DNA of 44,492 nucleotides, from the IMG/VR virus record IMGVR_UViG_3300045988_109867, positions 1 to 44,492 of that record; one strand, 5' to 3'. The notes under the pieces are model-generated. The model worked only from the letters and a program-made list of their open reading frames with translations. It ran no database searches and was not told where the DNA came from. Shown one piece after another: positions 7,714 to 15,449 of this stretch (its first letter is position 1; every line of letters starts with the position of its first letter). Made by a program: the position numbers and the translations under genes. The stretch comes from a virus.

Positions 7714-8861
7714 TAGTTATCCTCCAAATCTGGTATTACTATTACTCCCTCTTTTACTAATTTGTCAATTTCTTTAGGTTTTTTAATATCAGTAGTTGTC
7801 TCAACTTCTTCACTTATGCTTAGTATTTTTTCGGCTTGCTTGGTCACTCTAAAATCATTTAATTCTACAAAATCAAGGATTTCATTTTTAAAATTTGGTG
7901 ATACAACAATGCCAGCGCCACTAACCCACCTAGCAGACGGAATTTTCTTTGCTTTATTATATATGCAATTATCAACCCCTTCCCAACTAATAACTAGTAA
8001 TCCATTTTTATAATAGTCTAATAATCTTGGATTTTCTGGTTCAAAATCAGCATTAGTAGCTTTTTCTAAAACTTCTTTTTTATCACATTTTATTATGAAC
8101 CCATTAAGAAGTAGCTTATTCCCAATTTCTGAAGCTCTATCTATTATATCCCCACTTATTTTTTTAATAGTTTTGATCCATGCATTTCTAAAGCTGTTCC
8201 ATTTGAATCCACTGTCTTTTAAAATTTTTATTAATTCTTCATTTTTTGTAGATAATATTTCTATTTCTTGTTTATTTAAAACTATATCTACTACATGATT
8301 ATTATTATTTTCTGGTTTAACTATATTATTGTCATTCCCAATTCCTTTATTTTCTTCTAAAATCTTAAACATAAAATTTTCCATCGCTATAGCTAAAAGT
8401 CTATTAAAATCGTTTCTATTATCTATGTATATAGTGCTTCTAAATTCTTCTGTTATAAACTTGTTCTTAGCATCTAACATTAAATCGTATATTTTTTTTC
8501 TATTTTCTTCGCTTATACGTTTATATGGTTTTATGTCAAAAGTTTTAATTAAATATTCTTTTGTCACATTATCAAATATATTTGCAAAAACGTTATCTAA
8601 AGATATTTCACTTTCGTCAAATTTAAGTCTTATGCTTTCTGCCCATTGAATTTGTTTTGGTGACCCCTGAAGTTTTATATACCCTAGTTCTTCAGATATT
8701 TTTTCTTGTTTTTTGAATTCTTCTTCTCTTTTTTTAGCCTTGCAACTACTGCATAGGTCATTCTCATATTGTTCAAGCTTATATTCTCTATAACTCCACT
8801 TTCCTGTTAAATTAACTGTTTGTACATGTCCACATTTACAAGTTACTGTATACTTAGCCAT
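7713..8861 (-). CDS. 382-aa protein with an N-terminal Zn-ribbon (CKC...CSSC); function unknown
   Basis: Strong SD AAGGAGG. First gene after promoter P1. Contains a GSPKQIQWAESIR motif and two short GF-W-type segments. No catalytic domain recognised. Confidence 0.7.
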   Translation of the reverse strand: MAKYTVTCKCGHVQTVNLTGKWSYREYKLEQYENDLCSSCKAKKREEEFKKQEKISEELGYIKLQGSPKQIQWAESIRLKFDESEISLDNVFANIFDNVTKEYLIKTFDIKPYKRISEENRKKIYDLMLDAKNKFITEEFRSTIYIDNRNDFNRLLAIAMENFMFKILEENKGIGNDNNIVKPENNNNHVVDIVLNKQEIEILSTKNEELIKILKDSGFKWNSFRNAWIKTIKKISGDIIDRASEIGNKLLLNGFIIKCDKKEVLEKATNADFEPENPRLLDYYKNGLLVISWEGVDNCIYNKAKKIPSARWVSGAGIVVSPNFKNEILDFVELNDFRVTKQAEKILSISEEVETTTDIKKPKEIDKLVKEGVIVIPDLEDN

Positions 8862-8892
8862 TTTGCTACCTCCTTATTTATATTGTACTTAC

Positions 8893-8921
8893 ATTATAAC
8901 AAACGTTACCGTTTGCGTCAA
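8893..8921 (-). promoter_or_regulatory. sigma-A-type promoter P1 of the accessory operon, with a palindromic operator filling the spacer
   Basis: Minus strand reads TTGACG (8916-8921), 17 nt, TATAAT (8893-8898). The spacer contains the perfect dyad CAAACG-GTAA-CGTTTG (8900-8915). Confidence 0.65.
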
Positions 8922-8939
8922 GCGAAAAAAAATAAATAA

Positions 8940-8969
8940 ATAAAAAAATGGAGGGGCACCCCCCTCCAT
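8940..8969 (-). terminator. rho-independent terminator after the endolysin gene
   Basis: 9-bp GC-rich stem ATGGAGGGG / CCCCTCCAT with a 4-nt loop, followed on the minus strand by a T-run. Confidence 0.7.
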
Positions 8970-8979
8970 TACTTAATCT

Positions 8980-9783
8980 TTATTTTATTCCCTTGCAAAA
9001 TCTTGCGGCAACATATCCAAACTTACCCTTATGGTACTCTATTTTGTACCAAGTAGAGTCTGTTGTATGCACAACTTCATGCACATATATTTTACTTCCA
9101 TGTCTGTAGCTACTAACTATTCTAGAACTTGCACTTGGCTTTTCTCTAACGTTTAATACATCTCCTGGAGTGCTAGTTAATACATAATAACCTTTAAATG
9201 GTTTGGCTGGCTTAGATTGGCTTGTAGGAACTTGTGCATTACCTACCATTTTACAATCGGATGTTTTGCTAGTGTCTATAATCATTCTTCTGTTTTTCTT
9301 TATTTCTTCTAAGAACCAATCCCATTTAGAACTATTACCACCCCAACCACCTGGACAGTCTTTTCTTGTTGCATCCCAATGTCTACATACTCTAGCGTTA
9401 GGATATTGTCTTAAAAGTTCTTTAACTAATTCCACGGTATTAAATAACATTTGGTTGTTATAGCCTTTATTTACACACATTTCTATACTTATAGAATTGT
9501 AGTTTGTGCAGCCATTTAAAGCTACACCATAACCTTGATTGCCCCCTACTGCATAGGCTACTGTGGTATCCCCTACTATCTGTATTATTTTACTATGGTC
9601 TACAAAATAATGAGCCGACGCCCCTACACTATGGTTTTGAAAATAAAAGTAATGGTTTAATGCAGTTGCGGTTTCTTCTTCGTTTGCAGTCCAGTGTATA
9701 GCTATATATTGGACTGCACTTTTAGGTCTCCTTCCTCCAAAATTATTCCCATTAGTTATAGGTTTCCATATAAACTTAGTCAT
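8980..9783 (-). CDS. endolysin: N-acetylmuramoyl-L-alanine amidase (Amidase_2/PGRP) with a C-terminal SH3b domain
   Basis: Motifs IAIHWTAN, SAHYFVD, SISIEMC and CRHWDATRKDCPG. The C-terminal segment GDVLNVREKPS...WYKIEY...GYV is SH3b-like. Confidence 0.9.
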   Translation of the reverse strand: MTKFIWKPITNGNNFGGRRPKSAVQYIAIHWTANEEETATALNHYFYFQNHSVGASAHYFVDHSKIIQIVGDTTVAYAVGGNQGYGVALNGCTNYNSISIEMCVNKGYNNQMLFNTVELVKELLRQYPNARVCRHWDATRKDCPGGWGGNSSKWDWFLEEIKKNRRMIIDTSKTSDCKMVGNAQVPTSQSKPAKPFKGYYVLTSTPGDVLNVREKPSASSRIVSSYRHGSKIYVHEVVHTTDSTWYKIEYHKGKFGYVAARFCKGIK

Positions 9784-9784
9784 T

Positions 9785-10012
9785 TTATCTTACCACCTTT
9801 CTGTCCTTTGCTCCTCTAGTAGTTGGATCTACTACTACTCCTATTACAGCCATAACGGTAGTAGTTAAAAGATATGGATTCTGTATTGTATCTATAATTA
9901 ATTGCAATACCTTATCCCAGCTTGTTAGAGTACTAGCTTCCACTTGTAAAGCAGTTAAAATTACACCTACAAGTCCTATCCAAAAATACGGATTCTTTAT
10001 TCTGTCTTTCAT
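9785..10012 (-). CDS. holin (Phage_holin_1 / phiLC3-like)
   Basis: Start moved to ATG 10012 (SD GGAGA). Has two TM segments and the C-terminal VVDPTTRGAKD motif. Lies immediately upstream of the endolysin. Confidence 0.75.
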   Translation of the reverse strand: MKDRIKNPYFWIGLVGVILTALQVEASTLTSWDKVLQLIIDTIQNPYLLTTTVMAVIGVVVDPTTRGAKDRKVVR

Positions 10013-10038
10013 TAAACCATCTCCATTTCTAAAAAATT

Positions 10039-10380
10039 TTAATAATATATTTCTACTGGTAATTCCATGCATTCTTCGTACAACTTTTTTGCAACTCCAT
10101 TGCCACCTAGATTAGAATAAGATTTAAAAAGGTATTCTAAATCTCTAATTTCTTCTCTTTTTATTTTCCCTCTGTTTTTTATATCTGTAGCTTCTTTGCA
10201 AATGTTGTAATAAAGCATGGTTTTAATTCCCATTTTTATTGCTTCTTGTTCTTTTTTATTTTCTTGGTCTCTTTTTTTATTTTCTTTAACAATATTTTTT
10301 ACTGCTACGGTTAAACCAGTAAGGATAATCCCAAATACTGCTTGTATCCACCACTCTATAATAAAATCTTTAATTACCAT
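10039..10380 (-). CDS. membrane-anchored protein, first gene of the lysis cassette (function unknown)
   Basis: One N-terminal TM helix, then a charged region. Family not recognised. Confidence 0.6.
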   Translation of the reverse strand: MVIKDFIIEWWIQAVFGIILTGLTVAVKNIVKENKKRDQENKKEQEAIKMGIKTMLYYNICKEATDIKNRGKIKREEIRDLEYLFKSYSNLGGNGVAKKLYEECMELPVEIYY

Positions 10381-10415
10381 ATATCGCCTCTATTCTTTTG
10401 TGTGTATGTAAACTG

Positions 10416-10439
10416 AAAACGTTGGAATTTCAACGTTTT
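10416..10439. repeat. perfect 9-bp inverted repeat AAAACGTTG-N6-CAACGTTTT upstream of the lysis cassette
   Basis: Read directly from the sequence. Lies 36 nt upstream of start 10380. Shares the AAACGTT core with the P1/P2 operator. Confidence 0.6.
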
Positions 10440-10542
10440 ATCGATAACTTTGTAAGAACGATTATAAGGAACTTTAATTTAGTTATTGATAGTTAGTACC
10501 TATAAAAAGCTTAAAATCGATTCTACAAGGTCGTGTTTTTGC

Positions 10543-10576
10543 AAAAAAAAGAGAAGGGCGTAGAGTTTCCCTTCTC
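10543..10576 (-). terminator. rho-independent terminator between the tail-fibre genes and the lysis cassette
   Basis: Stem GAGAAGGG / CCCTTCTC (8 bp) with a 10-nt loop. T8 follows on the minus strand. Confidence 0.65.
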
Positions 10577-10641
10577 GATTGCAATTATTAACTTTTTTTA
10601 ATTAGATTATAGAGATTCCACTCCCTTCTTGGTTTTAGCTA

Positions 10642-10773
10642 TTACTCTTCATCAATCAAATGTTCTAATTCCATAGAAATTAGTAATGCTCTAACCTTTT
10701 CTTTCATTGGCTTTGGAGTCTGGCTAAACTTTCTAACTCCCGCCTGTATGCAAGTTACATAACATAGTGCCAT
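10642..10773 (-). CDS. 43-aa protein in the XkdX position
   Basis: Start moved to ATG 10773 (SD AAAGGAGGTG). Last gene of the tail operon. Family assignment is tentative. Confidence 0.5.
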   Translation of the reverse strand: MALCYVTCIQAGVRKFSQTPKPMKEKVRALLISMELEHLIDEE

Positions 10774-10831
10774 ATCAAAATCACCTCCTTTCAATACGAA
10801 TTTTATTATTTTAATTTTGAATAATAATCTT

Positions 10832-11269
10832 TTAAACATTTTTTGTACTGCCCGTCATAACCATATCTGCAAGTTCTGTTATTGCAGTACTTAACTCTAG
10901 TTTTGTTTGGTCCAACTCTTTTTTTGTATCTGCAAGTTCTTCTTTTAAAAGTTCTGTTTCTGTTTTTGGCGGTTCTCCAGGCTCTTGCGTTTCTGGGTCT
11001 ATCCACTTAAATATTAATTTGTGCGGTTCTTTAGAAACATCTACTGTATAATAATTTGATTTATTTTCTTTAAGCAATTTATCTAATTCCCCATATTTAA
11101 GTTGTATTACCTCAATCTGTTCTTTATTGTATTTGCTTAGTTCGGCATAATTTAAAAAATCTTCTTCTACTGTTGTTTCTTTTACATATCCTTTACAATC
11201 TCCAGTTTCTAAGATTATATTACCATTAGATTTTAAATAGTATATTCTTGTTCCTAACTCTATTAACAT
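10832..11269 (-). CDS. hypothetical virion-module protein with a C-terminal coiled coil
   Basis: 145-aa ORF in operon register after the fibre genes. Contains ELLKEELADTKKELDQTKLEL. Confidence 0.65.
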   Translation of the reverse strand: MLIELGTRIYYLKSNGNIILETGDCKGYVKETTVEEDFLNYAELSKYNKEQIEVIQLKYGELDKLLKENKSNYYTVDVSKEPHKLIFKWIDPETQEPGEPPKTETELLKEELADTKKELDQTKLELSTAITELADMVMTGSTKNV

Positions 11270-11284
11270 CTATTTGTTCCTCCT

Positions 11285-11908
11285 TTACTCAAACGCAATC
11301 CAGTTCCTTATTTTTATATTGCTTTCAAAGTTGCTTGTACCAGCCTTAAAATATACAGGATAGAAGTTTTTTTCAACTAAAAAGTCTTTAGTAACTCTAT
11401 TCCCATTGTTAAAAACCTCTTCTATTGGAGTCCCTTCTTCATATTTTGTAGGTGCTTTATTCCCAAATAGCCATTTATAGCTAAAAAACGGCTCATAAAA
11501 CAAATTGAATGTATAGATAGCACGCCCGTTTGCCTGGTATGTTAAATAGCAATAATTTTGTTTAACGTCTTGAATTGATATATATTGGCCACTAAATGTA
11601 GTCCCCTCTAGTTCTGTAATAATAATTCTAGGTTTAAAACTTAAATTTGACAGGTCTATACAAACAACTGTTGCCCCATATCCACTAGATGCACCAGTAA
11701 TGCTTACTCCCACGCTACTTGTGTACCCACCTTCTGCCCATTTTTTTCTGCTGTTAATCAAATTTCGTATTTCTCTAGGGACTTCGCTTAATTTCGAAAT
11801 ACTGCTTCCACCGCTTCTTTTTATTTCACTTGCTATACTATCTACTTTATTACTTAAATTTATTTGCAATCGTTCTGTTCGCTCTGTCTGTTCTTTTATT
11901 GTAGCCAT
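11285..11908 (-). CDS. hypothetical tail-fibre-associated protein
   Basis: 207-aa ORF packed tightly between the fibre and downstream genes. No family recognised. Confidence 0.65.
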   Translation of the reverse strand: MATIKEQTERTERLQINLSNKVDSIASEIKRSGGSSISKLSEVPREIRNLINSRKKWAEGGYTSSVGVSITGASSGYGATVVCIDLSNLSFKPRIIITELEGTTFSGQYISIQDVKQNYCYLTYQANGRAIYTFNLFYEPFFSYKWLFGNKAPTKYEEGTPIEEVFNNGNRVTKDFLVEKNFYPVYFKAGTSNFESNIKIRNWIAFE

Positions 11909-11920
11909 TTACTCACCCCC

Positions 11921-12517
11921 TTATAATCTTGCTTCTATCCCATTGTTAGCAGTTTTTAGCCTTGTAGCATATCCACCTATATCTTGTTTTACACTAGAAA
12001 TATCTTGTTTTATTCCGTCTATTGCACTTTGTAATTCTACATCTTTTTGCTCTAGTAGTTTATCTTTAGCTTTTAGGGATTCTATTTCTTTGTTATTGCT
12101 TGTTTGCAAGGACTCTAAGTCTGTTTTCTTTGCGTATGTTCTACTAAGTGTTATAATGCTATAGTCCGTTGTTCCTCTTTCTGTCACGTAACTAAAGTTT
12201 ATATCCCCTGTAGAATTTAATGTTGTCTTTATAGCAGTAACAATTCCGCGATACGGTGTGGCTACACTTGGATGTTCACTATATCCCTTTATATCCTGTG
12301 GCAGTATCTCACCCTTTCTAGCCACCGTTGGTAATACTTCACTTAGCTTTTTATCTTCTGCTACTACGTCTATATTTTCATCTGTTAATTTTAAACTAGA
12401 TAAGCCGTTCTCTACATTTGTTATTCCAAGCTTTAATTTATTAAAGTTTCCCATAACATCCGACGAATTAAATACGGTACTATCGGTAATTTCTATTAAT
12501 TGTATATCTGTTGCCAT
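11921..12517 (-). CDS. tail fibre-like protein with a coiled-coil segment
   Basis: Lies after the baseplate genes (XkdV position). Heptad-rich C-terminal half. Confidence 0.65.
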   Translation of the reverse strand: MATDIQLIEITDSTVFNSSDVMGNFNKLKLGITNVENGLSSLKLTDENIDVVAEDKKLSEVLPTVARKGEILPQDIKGYSEHPSVATPYRGIVTAIKTTLNSTGDINFSYVTERGTTDYSIITLSRTYAKKTDLESLQTSNNKEIESLKAKDKLLEQKDVELQSAIDGIKQDISSVKQDIGGYATRLKTANNGIEARL

Positions 12518-12534
12518 TTTGCCAACACCTCCTT

Positions 12535-13095
12535 TTATAACTCTGTTCTAGTTCTCATATCTTCCCATGTGTAGCCTTTATTAGTAAAGTAACCCCATGT
12601 TTTATTCATATTTTCTAAATCTCCCCACGTTCTATACTTAAATACCATAGTGTAATTTAGGTGTGCTGGTAAAACTTCTCTTAATTTCTTTTTTATTTGT
12701 TCTATGTTTGGTGGTATCCCTATTTTACTTGTAAAGGTAACTGTTATTATATATTTATTAAACTGTTCCTCTATTGTGCATTCTGCATTCGCATTAGTTT
12801 CTACTAACCTTTTTACAGCTTCTTTTGTAACCTGTGTCTGTGTTTTCATGGACATAAGTATTTCTTTTTGTGCGTTTTCATTGCTCAGGCCGTCTATGTT
12901 GCAACCTACCATATTTGCCCATTCTTGCAAGCTATATGTAGCAGTCTTGGGATTTCTCTGTAAGTCCGCAATATTTAGGTCTTTAAAATATTGTTCTAAT
13001 ATTATATTTGCAACTCTGCATATTTCTAATAACCCTTCTTTTTTGTAAATGTTAGGAATAAATTGTTCCACCTTTTTATTTAGCAAAACTTCCAT
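12535..13095 (-). CDS. baseplate/tail protein, XkdU-like (DUF2313-type)
   Basis: Size and position after the Baseplate_J gene fit. N-terminus FIPNIYKKEGLL...LQEWANMVG is typical. Confidence 0.75.
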   Translation of the reverse strand: MEVLLNKKVEQFIPNIYKKEGLLEICRVANIILEQYFKDLNIADLQRNPKTATYSLQEWANMVGCNIDGLSNENAQKEILMSMKTQTQVTKEAVKRLVETNANAECTIEEQFNKYIITVTFTSKIGIPPNIEQIKKKLREVLPAHLNYTMVFKYRTWGDLENMNKTWGYFTNKGYTWEDMRTRTEL

Positions 13096-13098
13096 ACT

Positions 13099-14145
13099 TT
13101 ACTTCCTTTCCGTTAAGTTATTCTTAATGCTATAAACTTTATTTTTATCTAGTTTAATAGGGTCAGAACCATCTAATGTAACGTTTAAACTTCTTTTTAC
13201 ATTTAAATCTTGTTCTATTAATGCAGTTACTTTACTTTTGTATAAGTCCAACATTTCTAAATCTAATTGGGAATTAATTCTTTCTTCTATTAAATTTGTT
13301 ATTCTACTTTTAGTTTCTTCAAACTGCTTTATATCATACAACTCTATTTCTCCCGTAATAGTAACAGTAGTAATGCTTGTAGATTTTACTAAAGCATTTG
13401 CTCCTATAGGTTTCTGCTCATCTATATGCTTTTGGCACTCCTTTATAACCTCTTGGCTACAAGGTTGGTTATCTTTCCCGCTTATAATTATGTCTACAGT
13501 TCCTTCTCCTCTTGCAAGCTCTATTGCCACTGCTTTGTATACTCCATCTATTGTTAAAGCCCATTCTTCATAATTCTTTTTGTTCCCTGCATTACCTCTA
13601 GTTCTTTGTATGTATAAAAATCTTCTAAAGAATTCATCATCACTTTCTTTATTTGTTCCGCCTATACAAGGTTCTATAAGTGTTATACTGTCGTATTCGA
13701 AGCTTGTTGTAGAGAAAAGTTCTCCTGCATGGTGGTTATATTGGATTCCTACTTCTGTTGCTATGCACTTAGTTATAAGTTCTCCTTCTCCATTTGCAGT
13801 TCCCCCCTCTATCATGTATTCCCTGTTATCCTCATCATAGATATAAATTTCTGCCGCATTCCCGCCTATAACTTTATCTGGAGCTGTAATAATCTTAACT
13901 TGCCCTTGGCTGTATGTTCCTTGTAATCTGTATATTCCAAACCAGCTACATTGCTCATCTAGGACTTCCCCCTTTGCATCGGACAACAAAAAGGCTTTGT
14001 CTTGCTCTTCTCTTAGGAAGTATTCTCTTTCTAATGCACTTGCTATTGCGGAATAAATTGTATAAATAGGATCTCCTTCTATAACAACTCCCTGATGTGC
14101 GTTTAGTAGGTTTTTAAGAATTGTTTCCTTACTATTTACTAACAA
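13099..14145 (-). CDS. baseplate J-like protein (XkdT-like)
   Basis: 348 aa, in conserved order XkdR-S-T-U. Confidence 0.85.
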   Translation of the reverse strand: MLVNSKETILKNLLNAHQGVVIEGDPIYTIYSAIASALEREYFLREEQDKAFLLSDAKGEVLDEQCSWFGIYRLQGTYSQGQVKIITAPDKVIGGNAAEIYIYDEDNREYMIEGGTANGEGELITKCIATEVGIQYNHHAGELFSTTSFEYDSITLIEPCIGGTNKESDDEFFRRFLYIQRTRGNAGNKKNYEEWALTIDGVYKAVAIELARGEGTVDIIISGKDNQPCSQEVIKECQKHIDEQKPIGANALVKSTSITTVTITGEIELYDIKQFEETKSRITNLIEERINSQLDLEMLDLYKSKVTALIEQDLNVKRSLNVTLDGSDPIKLDKNKVYSIKNNLTERK

Positions 14146-14164
14146 AATTCCACCTCCTTTTTAA

Positions 14165-14524
14165 TTAAGCATTAAATTCTATTTCTGTTTTTGTGTATAT
14201 TGTTTCTACTTCTATTTTTATATTCACTTTATCTTGTTGCATAAAAAAACTAAGAAACTTTACATTTAGTATGTATTCATTTCTTAGTAGCCTGTTTTCT
14301 ATTTCTTTTTTAAGTTCTGCTTGTTTTTCTGCCACAGATATATTTCTAGTTAATATATCTCTTATTTTGTTCCCAAAGTTTTCCGTAAACAATGGACACT
14401 CCCCCGCTTCTATTTCTAATGCATATTTGCACCAAAGCATTATACTATCTTGGGAGTTTTCCCACGTGGAATTTGTTTTACTTTCTAAAGAACACGTATT
14501 ATATTGTTTTAATTCTGTGTTCAT
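14165..14524 (-). CDS. baseplate protein, XkdS-like
   Basis: 119 aa, assigned by position and size. Confidence 0.7.
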   Translation of the reverse strand: MNTELKQYNTCSLESKTNSTWENSQDSIMLWCKYALEIEAGECPLFTENFGNKIRDILTRNISVAEKQAELKKEIENRLLRNEYILNVKFLSFFMQQDKVNIKIEVETIYTKTEIEFNA

Positions 14525-14566
14525 CTCCCCGAATAAATCTATGTTTTTGCTAACTATTTAAACCAC

Positions 14567-14854
14567 CTACTTTATTCTTACAAATTTATCTATTAAAAAA
14601 GTTTCTATAGAATTATATACCAACAGCAAAACACTATCTCCAGTTTTTAAAGATGTATCTACTTTTTGTCCTCTTGTTTTTTCTCTTTCCGCTACTGCAT
14701 AGCTTATTCTTTTTATATCTATAACTCCATTAGAATCTCTTACTTGCAATGGATTTACTCCTGTTACAGTTCCTATAACTAAATAGGTAGACTCTGGGAT
14801 GTTGCCATACTTAGTATTTAAGGCTTCTTTTAATTCTTCAAATCCGTTTACCAT
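14567..14854 (-). CDS. baseplate spike-region protein, XkdR-like
   Basis: 95 aa. SD GGAGGG. Assigned by position. Confidence 0.7.
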   Translation of the reverse strand: MVNGFEELKEALNTKYGNIPESTYLVIGTVTGVNPLQVRDSNGVIDIKRISYAVAEREKTRGQKVDTSLKTGDSVLLLVYNSIETFLIDKFVRIK

Positions 14855-14870
14855 AATATAGTTTTCCCTC

Positions 14871-15449
14871 CTACCAATATCTTTTTATTACTGCATTACC
14901 GCCCCAATAAGGCTTTTGGAATCTTGCTCTTACTCCATTAGGACCACCATTATTCCAACATTTATTATTTCCCATTAATAAAAATGTGTGCCTACCACTA
15001 CCACTATAGGCAGAATTGCATACTACAACATCTCCAGCTTGTGCTTGGCTTGGATGTATTGTCTTCCCATGTGCAGCAAGTCCACTTGTTGTTGCTCCTC
15101 TTATTGCATTTCTTTCTGCAACTCCAGCTTCCCAAAGAACTCTACTTACAAAGCCACTGCAATCTGTATAATATCTAGAACCTGTACCTCTTCCACCCCA
15201 TTGGTATATGGTTTTAGGTCCTATTTCATTTGCGATTTGGCAAATCCTTTTTTGTGTGTTATTGGAATACTTCCCGTTTCCACCAGTTATTACACATGGA
15301 GAAGATACTGCACCACCTAATGTTAGGTTTTGTTTTGCTTGGGTATCGGAAACTCCTCCCGGACCCCAATATACTGTATCTAAATCTTTCCCACATACTG
15401 TAATTCCTGCTCTTCTAACTCCAGCTGCCCAGCCAGAACAACCAGACTG
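14871..15449 (-). CDS. NlpC/P60 endopeptidase domain (192 codons) with no start codon of its own; in frame after TGA 15450-15452 of the upstream gene
   Basis: Hand translation of the minus strand: QSGCSGWAAGVRRAG...YTDCSGFVSRVLWEAG...SGRHTFLLMG...KRYW*. It has a catalytic Cys (DCSGF) and His (GRHTF). There is no in-frame ATG, GTG or TTG until 28 codons before the stop. Stop is TAG at 14871-14873. Confidence 0.7.
   Translation of the reverse strand, partial: QSGCSGWAAGVRRAGITVCGKDLDTVYWGPGGVSDTQAKQNLTLGGAVSSPCVITGGNGKYSNNTQKRICQIANEIGPKTIYQWGGRGTGSRYYTDCSGFVSRVLWEAGVAERNAIRGATTSGLAAHGKTIHPSQAQAGDVVVCNSAYSGSGRHTFLLMGNNKCWNNGGPNGVRARFQKPYWGGNAVIKRYW

Noticed and set aside
10806-11006. 66-aa Arg/Lys-rich ORF in an alternative frame of 10832-11269
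   Set aside because: It is embedded in a better-supported gene, has no SD, and its basic low-complexity translation is typical of an off-frame reading.
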